Positions 1 to 7,194 of a DNA stretch of 64,000 nt are shown one piece after another (position 1 is the first letter of the stretch; every line of letters starts with the position of its first letter). Origin of the DNA: Candidatus Krumholzibacteriota bacterium. GTDB taxonomy: Bacteria; Krumholzibacteriota; Krumholzibacteriia; JAJRXK01. The stretch spans positions 32,001 to 96,000 of the forward strand of contig CAVXTH010000006.1 in assembly GCA_963764625.1 (NCBI GenBank), given 5' to 3'. Made by a program: the position numbers and the translations under genes. The notes under the pieces were generated by a model. It was not told the DNA's origin and ran no database searches. It saw nothing but the letters and a program-made list of their open reading frames with translations.

Positions 1-2
1 GC

Positions 3-89
3 AATCACGCGGTAGTCGAAATCGCTCCCGTGAAGGGCGCGTGGAAAATCTTGAAGATCACCGTCTTGAATGAAGAGAGAGTTGTCTGA
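3..89 (+). CDS. 3' end of an uncharacterised protein (starts before the window)
   Basis: Open frame from the window edge: NHAVVEIAPVKGAWKILKITVLNEERVV*, followed by a strong hairpin. Confidence 0.55.
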   Translation, partial: NHAVVEIAPVKGAWKILKITVLNEERVV

Positions 90-110
90 AGGCAGCGCTT
101 TCATTTCGCC

Positions 111-146
111 CAAACGAAAGTGGCCGTGTCATGTAACACGGCCACT
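111..146 (-). terminator. Intrinsic terminator, possibly bidirectional
   Basis: Perfect 11-bp stem AGTGGCCGTGT-catgta-ACACGGCCACT (119-146); U-rich tail (TTCGTTTG) on the minus strand; lies between convergent ORFs. Confidence 0.7.
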
Positions 147-180
147 GCTGTCAGAGTACTTTGGGGGTTGTGGATTCGAC

Positions 181-303
181 TCAGCCCTGACGATTGAAGT
201 GAGCTAGCAACGCGAGCTCCTTGAGACCTTGTTGCTTCTTCACTTCGGGCGCTTTGTAGATCCTCCGTTTTGGGGAAGGGCTGGCCGCTTGTTGATCCTT
301 CAT
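181..303 (-). CDS. 40-aa peptide with RiPP-leader-like YxxP motif (not in ORF track)
   Basis: Hand translation MKDQQAASPSPKRRIYKAPEVKKQQGLKELALLAHFNRQG*; AAGGA Shine-Dalgarno upstream; terminator downstream. Confidence 0.55.
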   Translation of the reverse strand: MKDQQAASPSPKRRIYKAPEVKKQQGLKELALLAHFNRQG

Positions 304-540
304 CGTTGCGGGTCCTTGCTACTGTGGGGCGTGGCGAGCCTCACTTGGAGACTCGCAGGGACTTAAAAATCCTAGCAGATCTTTGCGCCTCAGCTCAAGC
401 TACTCCGCCCCCTTTTTTTCACCTGCCCTCCTGAGGAGTTTTGGGGCCCTATGCTCCTCGATTCGCCCACCTTTTGCGTTTGGTCAAGAGCTTCACTCGT
501 TGTCCTCCGGTTCCCGGCGGCCCGCGTTTTTTTTCGAGGC

Positions 541-577
541 TTGCTCGGCTGATATTAAAATGATATGGTAACGATAC
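541..577 (+). promoter_or_regulatory. Sigma70-type promoter overlapped by three GATA(T/C) repeats at 11-bp spacing (putative RHH operator)
   Basis: TTGCTC-N17-TATGGT with TG extension; GATAT at 551 and 562, GATAC at 573. Confidence 0.5.
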
Positions 578-651
578 CAGCGGGCACGGCTCGTCTCGAC
601 CCTTTCCGAGCGAAGCCAGGTCGTCACAGTCCTTCGAGTTGGAGGTCATCC

Positions 652-1518
652 ATGAAACAGGAACGCGCCATCTCCACCGCGCCCGGCGGTGGCATGATTG
701 TCCTCGTTCTTATTCTCTACGCGGCTTTCGTCGCGCTCTTCATCTTGGGCGCGGTGGGTGGGGATCTGCCAATGCTCTTGATTGGCATCGGCCTGGGCCT
801 CGTCGCGATTCTCGCGACGATTGGTTTTTTCATCATCAATCCCAACGAAGCAGCGGTCCTGCTTCTGTTCGGAAAATACAAGGGGACGTCTCACGCGAAC
901 GGATTCCGTTGGACCAACCCGTTCATGACGAAACGCAAGGTCTCGTTGCGCGCGCGAAATCTCAATGGGGATCGTCTCAAGGTGAACGACAAGAGCGCCA
1001 ATCCGATCGAGATTGCTGCCGTGGTGGTGTGGCGGGTCAAGGACACTTTCAAGGCTCTATTCGAGGTGGACGACTACGAAGACTACGTACGCATTCAGAG
1101 CGAGTCGGCCTTACGCCATCTCGCGAGCTCGTATCCCTACGACGGGGACGGGGACGAGCTGAGCCTGCGTGGCTCCACCGACGAGATCAACGAGCACCTT
1201 CGGACGGAAATCTCCGAACGCCTCGATCTGGCCGGAATCCAGGTCATCGAAGCTCGTTTCAGCCATATGGCCTACGCACCGGAAATCGCCAGCGCCATGC
1301 TGCAGCGGCAGCAGGCGGCGGCCGTGGTGCAGGCGCGCCGCCTGATTGTCGACGGCGCGGTGGGCATGGTCGAGATGGCCCTCGATCGGCTGAAGGCCCA
1401 GGAGGTTATTCATCTGGACGAGGACAAGAAGGCCACCATGGTGAGCAATCTGCTCGTCGTTCTCTGCAGTGAGAAGGCGGCGCAACCGGTGGTGAACACG
1501 GGGACTCTCTACCAGTAA
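652..1518 (+). CDS. SPFH/band 7 domain membrane protein
   Basis: Two N-terminal TM helices; KVND..NPIEIAAVVVW and AYAPEIASAMLQRQQA motifs; GGAGG RBS before ATG 652. Confidence 0.92.
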   Translation: MKQERAISTAPGGGMIVLVLILYAAFVALFILGAVGGDLPMLLIGIGLGLVAILATIGFFIINPNEAAVLLLFGKYKGTSHANGFRWTNPFMTKRKVSLRARNLNGDRLKVNDKSANPIEIAAVVVWRVKDTFKALFEVDDYEDYVRIQSESALRHLASSYPYDGDGDELSLRGSTDEINEHLRTEISERLDLAGIQVIEARFSHMAYAPEIASAMLQRQQAAAVVQARRLIVDGAVGMVEMALDRLKAQEVIHLDEDKKATMVSNLLVVLCSEKAAQPVVNTGTLYQ

Positions 1519-1537
1519 GAGTCGATGGGGAGACTCG

Positions 1538-1750
1538 ATGGCTCAGAAGAAGGCATTTGCGCTGCGGATCGATACGAAACTCTATCGCGAGTTACGTGCG
1601 TGGGCGGATTCGGAGTTCCGCAGCGTGAACGGGCAGATAGAATTTCTTCTGAGTCGGGCGGTGAGCGAAAACCATCGCGGGACAACGCGCGACAAGAGCG
1701 GCAAGAAGCTCAGTGAGAAAACCCCGCCCCGAAACGCCGGTGATAGATGA
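1538..1750 (+). CDS. Ribbon-helix-helix (Arc-like) DNA-binding protein
   Basis: KKAFALRID...WADSEFRSVNGQIEFLL; typical partner downstream of this SPFH family. Confidence 0.85.
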   Translation: MAQKKAFALRIDTKLYRELRAWADSEFRSVNGQIEFLLSRAVSENHRGTTRDKSGKKLSEKTPPRNAGDR

Positions 1751-2960
1751 GGGCGAGAAGAGTTGCCACGCCAAGGATGACTCCGGCAACCAGGAAGGGC
1801 GCGCCCGGACTGAAGTACTCAAAGGCTGCCGCGCCCAGCAGGGGTCCCAGGACGCGAGCCAAACTACCCATCGATTGATTCAGACCCAAGAACGCACCCT
1901 GGCGTTGCGCCGGGGTGGCGCGACTCAGCAGAGAGTTGAGGCTGGGGTTGTTCACGCCGAAGCCAAAGGGCATCAGCACGCAGGCCACTAGGACGAAGCT
2001 CCAAGTGGAAGCGATCCCGATGAGGGTCATGGCGACACCCAAAGCCAGGGGACCGATGATGATCAGCTTGGTCTCACCGAAACGCGGCACCAGGCGTCGG
2101 ATGAGACCCCCCTGCACGAGGGCGGCCATGAGACCGATGAAGAACATGTAGCGGCCGGCGATGGGGGCCGACGCCATGATCTGATCCATGGTTGCCTTAC
2201 CAACGCTGGTGTCCATTCCGAAGCTGCCGGGAAAGCGCGCCAGGCCGAAGCGGATGAACATCGATTCGAAGCCCGAGAAACTCAGGATTGCCAGAAAGTA
2301 GAGCAGGATGATCAAGCCGATGCGCGGCTGACGGAGTGCATTGCCCAAGGTCTCGAAGCCGAAGATCCGGGTGATCCGATCGCGAGCGTGCGTCGTGGGT
2401 TCGATCAAGAGGCGGAAACCGACGATCGCGGCCAGGAGGCTCAAGCTGGCGGCGACGAAACCAGGCACGCCCATTCCCACTCCCACCAGTTCTCCCCCGA
2501 TGAGGGGGCCGAAGGTGAAGCCGAGTCCGAACGCGGCGCCGATGAGCCCCATGCCCTTGGCCCGGTTCTCGGGGGTGGTGATGTCGGCGATGTAGGCCTG
2601 CGCAGTGGGGACGTTTGCCCCGAAGAATCCGGCGAGCAGACGCGAGGCGAAAAGCATGGGCATGCCGTGGGCCAGTCCGAAGAGGACGTAGGCGGCGGAA
2701 GTTCCCAGGAGTCCACCGATGAGAATCGGACGCCGGCCGAAGCGATCGGAGAGTCGTCCCCAGAACGGCGCGAAGATGAGCTGCATGGCGGAGAACGATG
2801 CGAAGAGCAGACCGAGGGTCATCTCATTCGCGCCGTAGGCTTCGCTGTAGATGGGCAAGAGGGGGATGACGATTCCGAAACCCAGGAGGTCGATGAAGAC
2901 CGTGAGGATGACCGCCAGTAGCGCGCCTCGTTGACCCGGATTCTTCGCGACATCGTTCAT
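1710..2960 (-). CDS. MFS transporter, TetA/DHA1-like
   Basis: About 12 TM helices; motif A GRLSDRFGRRP; DLLGFGIVIP start; motif C GFTFGPLIGG. Confidence 0.92.
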   Translation of the reverse strand: MNDVAKNPGQRGALLAVILTVFIDLLGFGIVIPLLPIYSEAYGANEMTLGLLFASFSAMQLIFAPFWGRLSDRFGRRPILIGGLLGTSAAYVLFGLAHGMPMLFASRLLAGFFGANVPTAQAYIADITTPENRAKGMGLIGAAFGLGFTFGPLIGGELVGVGMGVPGFVAASLSLLAAIVGFRLLIEPTTHARDRITRIFGFETLGNALRQPRIGLIILLYFLAILSFSGFESMFIRFGLARFPGSFGMDTSVGKATMDQIMASAPIAGRYMFFIGLMAALVQGGLIRRLVPRFGETKLIIIGPLALGVAMTLIGIASTWSFVLVACVLMPFGFGVNNPSLNSLLSRATPAQRQGAFLGLNQSMGSLARVLGPLLGAAAFEYFSPGAPFLVAGVILGVATLLALIYHRRFGAGFSH

Positions 2961-3124
2961 GGAGCACGCACGATAGCAAAGAAATCGCAGCTTCGCCTAT
3001 CCTTTTCCCTCGCGCGCGAAGGCGCGTCCCCTGGTCTTGACACCCCGCTCCAGTTGTGCACCCTTGCGCGAGTGAGCCGTCGCGCGAAGTTCCACCCCTG
3101 CGCTGGCTCGGAAGGGGCTTCAAG

Positions 3125-3427
3125 GTGAAGAGAATCATCCTGCCAGTGGTCGCCATCATCCTGTTCGGATTTCTACTCTTCGCCTGCGCGAAGCAAACCC
3201 TTCCCGAACCCGAGAGCCAGGGCGCCCAGCTCTACTCGAAGTACTGTTCGAATTCGGGTTGCCACAGCGCGATCCCTCCGCAGGAGTCTTCCTTCCCCTA
3301 CTGGCGCAATCAGTACGCGCGGTGGAGCGCGAACTTGAAGCAGAAGGGCATGGCGTACCCCTCGCCCCAGGAAGACGAGGTCATCCTGGCCTACCTGAAG
3401 AAACACGCGCGCAAATCGAACTACTGA
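3125..3427 (+). CDS. Small lipoprotein cytochrome c with CX4CH heme motif
   Basis: Lipobox LFAC; GAQLYSKYCSNSGCH; C-terminal ILAYLKKHA helix typical of class I cytochromes c; GTG start. Confidence 0.7.
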   Translation: MKRIILPVVAIILFGFLLFACAKQTLPEPESQGAQLYSKYCSNSGCHSAIPPQESSFPYWRNQYARWSANLKQKGMAYPSPQEDEVILAYLKKHARKSNY

Positions 3428-3636
3428 GGCGCCCAAGCTTCCCTGTCTTATCCCATCGCGGTCCTTCGAAAAAAAGACCTCCGACTCCTCTCTTGCGAAG
3501 AGGCTCCTCTTGTGCCAGCCTGTGGATGGGTCTGGGCGAAGCGGAGTGGCAAAGGACTTCGAATGGGCACCTGCCTTCCCTGTGACTGGCACCCCGGAAA
3601 TCACCCAGGCCCCACCCGTCTTCCCGGTCTGGCCGC

Positions 3637-3664
3637 TTGCGGACGCCGGGCCGCGGGCTAGATT
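3637..3664 (+). promoter_or_regulatory. Putative sigma70 promoter of tmRNA
   Basis: TTGCGG-N16-TAGATT ending 11 nt before the tmRNA 5' end. Confidence 0.5.
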
Positions 3665-3675
3665 GGAAAAGCCAA

Positions 3676-4030
3676 GGGGGCGAAGGGTTTCGACGGGAGC
3701 GGTTGGGCCCCGGATGGCGTGCCGACCACCTCATCAATGTCGTTAAAGTGGTGGGAAAACATAACTGACGAGCCTATGGCTCTTGCTGCCTAACTAAAGA
3801 GGTAGCCGTTCGCCGCGGATCGGGTCTCCGGGATCTGCGATGCGGGCGTCATATACCGGTGACTGGGCGTGGACCCGTCGTCTCAGGGAAAGCGTCGAGA
3901 ACCAATGGGACTGGCGTCGCGCGGATCTCGTTCCCAGAGTTACGCGACGCGAGATTATCTGGGAACTACGCACGTAGAGGTCCGTGGTCGTCGTTTTCGG
4001 ACGCGGGTTCGATTCCCGCCGCCTCCACCA
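3676..4030 (+). ncRNA. ssrA: tmRNA; tag (A)DEPMALAA
   Basis: 5' GGGGGCG..TTCGAC; 3' T-arm GGTTCGATTCC and CGCCTCC-ACCA with G3:U pair; ATAACT precedes tag ORF 3767-3793 ending ALAA*. Confidence 0.96.
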
Positions 4031-4076
4031 ACATCCCTCTCTGGGAGTTCCCCAGGACACTCCTTCGCATTCGTTC

Positions 4077-4766
4077 ATGACCACCGACCTTCGGCATCGA
4101 CTCGCCAGCGTGCGTGAGCGCATCGCCGATGCCTGCGCCCGTGCGGGGCGAAATCCCCAAGAAATCCAAATCCTCGCCGTGACCAAAACCCACCCGGTGG
4201 AGGTTCTTTTGCAAGCGCTTCAGGAAGGACTCGTGGACCTGGGGGAGAACCGGGTGCAGGAAGCTCTGCCGAAACTCGCGAAACTTCCCGCGTCCGCGCG
4301 CGTTCATCTCATCGGTCGTTTGCAGAGCAACAAAGTGAACAAGGCGGTGGGCGCGTTCGCTTCGATCGAGTCGGTGGATCAACTCGATCTGCTCGCGAAG
4401 ATCGCGCGCCAGGCATCCAAGCTCGGGCTGGTGCAGCCGGTCTGGGTCGAGGTGGACATCGCCGAGGAGGAACAGAAAGGGGGGTGCGTCCCGGGTGAGG
4501 TGGACGAGCTGTGGGAGAAAGGACTTGCAGAAAGTTCTCTGCAAATGGAGGGGTTGATGGGTATGGTGCGCCTTGGCGACGACGAACGGTCCGCGCGCGC
4601 GCGTTTCGCCCGTCTGCGCGGTCTGGCCGAAGCTCTCCGGCGTAAGGACGCGCGGCCGGCTCTGCTCTCGATGGGGATGAGCCGCGACTTCGAGTGGGCG
4701 GTGCAGGAGGGCAGCCATCAGCTCCGTCTGGGGAGCGTGCTCTTCGGGTCGCGCCACCCCCGCTGA
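4077..4766 (+). CDS. yggS: PLP homeostasis protein YggS
   Basis: LAVTKTH, GENRVQE, HLIGRLQSNK, LSMGMSRD motifs. Confidence 0.95.
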   Translation: MTTDLRHRLASVRERIADACARAGRNPQEIQILAVTKTHPVEVLLQALQEGLVDLGENRVQEALPKLAKLPASARVHLIGRLQSNKVNKAVGAFASIESVDQLDLLAKIARQASKLGLVQPVWVEVDIAEEEQKGGCVPGEVDELWEKGLAESSLQMEGLMGMVRLGDDERSARARFARLRGLAEALRRKDARPALLSMGMSRDFEWAVQEGSHQLRLGSVLFGSRHPR

Positions 4767-4945
4767 GCTCCGGCGCGGGCCGAAGCGGGGGCGGAAGACG
4801 GAAAGATCCTGGCGGGACCGGGTTCGCTTCCTGGAAGGAATCTGGGCACCGTGGCCCCGGGACGGCCAGATCCACGCCCCATGGGCCCGGAAAGATCCCT
4901 GGCCGGGGTGGACGCGGGCCGCGCAAGCGCCGAAAGGAGTTTGGC

Positions 4946-5197
4946 TTGCAGATTGCAAATCTGCTGACGACGCTGCTGGATCTGTACATGCTGGTCCTGC
5001 TCGCCCGAGTCCTTTTGAGCTGGGTGAGTCTGGACCGGCGGCATCCGGTAGCGCTTTGGATCTGGCGGGCCACCGAGCCCGTTCTCGGACCCATTCGCTC
5101 GGTTCTCGGCATCTGGGGCGGGTTGGACTTCAGCCCGATCGTGGCCATCCTGATCCTGTCCTTTTTGCGCCGACTGATCGTGAGGATCTTACTGTAA
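4946..5197 (+). CDS. yggT: YggT/YlmG family membrane protein
   Basis: ATEPVLGPIR..GGLDFSPIVA; AAGGAG RBS before TTG start. Confidence 0.9.
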   Translation: MQIANLLTTLLDLYMLVLLARVLLSWVSLDRRHPVALWIWRATEPVLGPIRSVLGIWGGLDFSPIVAILILSFLRRLIVRILL

Positions 5198-5230
5198 GGA
5201 GCCCGCCGAGTTCGGGCATGAGGAGGCAGA

Positions 5231-6253
5231 ATGCGCATCACGCCGCTGGACGTTCGCAAACAAGAATTCCGCAAGGGCATGCGTGGTCTTGACCCTGAAG
5301 AGGTCTACGCGTTCCTCGCTACCGTCGCCGACGAGTACGAAACCGTTCTGACCGACAACCGGCAGCTGCGTGATCGAGTGTTGGAACTGGACGAAAAGGT
5401 CTCCGAGTACCGCAACATGGAGAAGACTCTGCGCGACACTCTGCTCACGGCCGAGCGAGTCATGGGCGAAGCTCGAGAGAATGCGCGCAAGGAGGCCGAG
5501 CTCATTCTGCGGGATGCGCGCGGCCAGGCTCAGCATGAATCTCAAAGCAGCGTGGCCAAGGCCGAAGCGCTGCGCGCGCAACTGCGCGAACTGCGCTCGC
5601 ATCGAGATGCGTTCTTGGCGCGTCTGCGCGGATTGGCCGAAACGCAGATCGGCTTGGTGGAGTCGTTCGCGCATGACTTCGAGGAAGACGATCGCGGGCG
5701 GACCGCCTCCGCGATGCCCGAGGCCGACACCTACTCGCAGCCGCAGTCTCCTGCACCATCCCAGAAACTCTCTGGGCCCCAGGGCTACTCCAATCCTCAG
5801 GATGTCTCTGGGTCCCAGCCTCTCACGGAGCCGCAGGATTACTCCGGGCCCCAAAACTCCTTCGAAGCGCGCGCGCAGCGAGGGGCCGAGACCTACTCCG
5901 AGCCGAGTTCGCCTCACGTGCCCGATTCCGCGCTCTCCGCCGAGGATCACTGGCGCGAATACAAGGCCGGGGCGGCGAGCGTGATCTCCAGCGGCGATTC
6001 CGTGCGTGAAGTGGAGGAGCACGTCGCGCGGACCGTGGCGGAAATGGCCCAGGCCGCGGGTGCCGAGTCTGGACAAGGGCTGCAATCTATGCCACCTTCC
6101 CCGGACTCTGGCGCGGAGCTCTCTTCGAGTTTCGGGGCTGGAATGCCCGAGGAGGAGCCGGTGCCGGAGGTTTCCGCCGAGGGGTCCGAGGATGGCCAAC
6201 GGGGTTCGCGCTGGTCCATCTCCCGTTTCACGCGGAGCTTGAGCGAGTTCTAG
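5231..6253 (+). CDS. divIVA: DivIVA domain protein with long low-complexity tail
   Basis: ITPLDVRKQEFRKGMRGLDPEEV N-terminal domain, coiled coil; yggS-yggT-divIVA-ileS synteny. Confidence 0.88.
   Translation: MRITPLDVRKQEFRKGMRGLDPEEVYAFLATVADEYETVLTDNRQLRDRVLELDEKVSEYRNMEKTLRDTLLTAERVMGEARENARKEAELILRDARGQAQHESQSSVAKAEALRAQLRELRSHRDAFLARLRGLAETQIGLVESFAHDFEEDDRGRTASAMPEADTYSQPQSPAPSQKLSGPQGYSNPQDVSGSQPLTEPQDYSGPQNSFEARAQRGAETYSEPSSPHVPDSALSAEDHWREYKAGAASVISSGDSVREVEEHVARTVAEMAQAAGAESGQGLQSMPPSPDSGAELSSSFGAGMPEEEPVPEVSAEGSEDGQRGSRWSISRFTRSLSEF
5732..5860 (+). repeat. About seven degenerate 18-nt (hexapeptide) tandem repeats within divIVA
   Basis: YSQPQS PAPSQK LSGPQG YSNPQD VSGSQP LTEPQD YSGPQN. 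Confidence 0.7.
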
Positions 6254-6281
6254 GCTTCTCTACCGCCTCCGCTCGAACTCC

Positions 6282-6314
6282 ACGGCCGGGCCCTCGGGTC
6301 CGGTCGTTCCTTTT
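6282..6314 (+). terminator. Probable intrinsic terminator
   Basis: ACGGCCGGGCCC-TC-GGGTCCGGTCGT stem followed by TCCTTTT. Confidence 0.5.
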
Positions 6315-6364
6315 ACTACTGACCGCGCCGGGGCTTTCCGGCGATGGCGCCCGGGAGGGCGGAG

Positions 6365-7183
6365 ATGACACTGAGGGACAAGATCCAGACTGCCGCCGAT
6401 TTCCTGCACGAGCGCTGCTCGAGCAAGCCGGAGTACGGACTCATTTTGGGGACGGGTCTGGGTAGTCTCGCCGACAAGGTCGACGCGGAATTAGTGCTGC
6501 CTTACGACGAAATCCCTGGCTTCGTCAAGAGCACTGCGCTGAGTCACGCGGGCAACCTCGTCATGGGAACTCTCGGGGGGAAGCAGGTCATGGCCATGCA
6601 GGGCCGTGTCCACTACTACGAGGGTTACTCCATGCAGGAGATCACGCTGCCGGTCCGCGTGATGCGTGCCATGGGTTGTCATTCGCTCATCATGAGCAAT
6701 GCAGTGGGCAGCATGAACCCCAACATCGTGCCGGGTCAGATCGGCATCCTGGTGGATCACATCAACCTCATGGGAGACAACCCGCTCATCGGTCCCAACG
6801 ACGACGAGCTTGGCCCGCGCTTTCCCGACATGTCCCAGCCCTACGATCGTGAATACATCGAGCGGGCGGTCGAGGTCGCGCTCACCCTGAAGTTGCCGGT
6901 GCAGAAAGCGATCTACGCTGCGGTCGCCGGCCCCAACCTCGAGACCGCAGCCGAGTATCGTTTCTTGCGCGCGGCCGGCGCCGATCTAGTGGGGATGTCC
7001 ATGGTTCCCGAAAACCTGGTGGCCATCCACGGGGGCATGCGTGTGCTGGGACTGAGCGTTGTGACCGACATGGGTCTGGCCGACGCCCTCAAGCCGGCCG
7101 AAGTGGAGAAGATCATCGAGATCGCCAACCTCACCGAACCGCGGCTCTCGGAATTCGTCACGCGGTTTCTCCAGGACTCCTGA
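6365..7183 (+). CDS. punA: Purine nucleoside phosphorylase (trimeric type)
   Basis: ILGTGLG, QGRVHYYEG, GPRFPDMS, GPNLETAAE, VGMS motifs. Confidence 0.93.
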   Translation: MTLRDKIQTAADFLHERCSSKPEYGLILGTGLGSLADKVDAELVLPYDEIPGFVKSTALSHAGNLVMGTLGGKQVMAMQGRVHYYEGYSMQEITLPVRVMRAMGCHSLIMSNAVGSMNPNIVPGQIGILVDHINLMGDNPLIGPNDDELGPRFPDMSQPYDREYIERAVEVALTLKLPVQKAIYAAVAGPNLETAAEYRFLRAAGADLVGMSMVPENLVAIHGGMRVLGLSVVTDMGLADALKPAEVEKIIEIANLTEPRLSEFVTRFLQDS

Positions 7184-7194
7184 AGGAAATCCGG

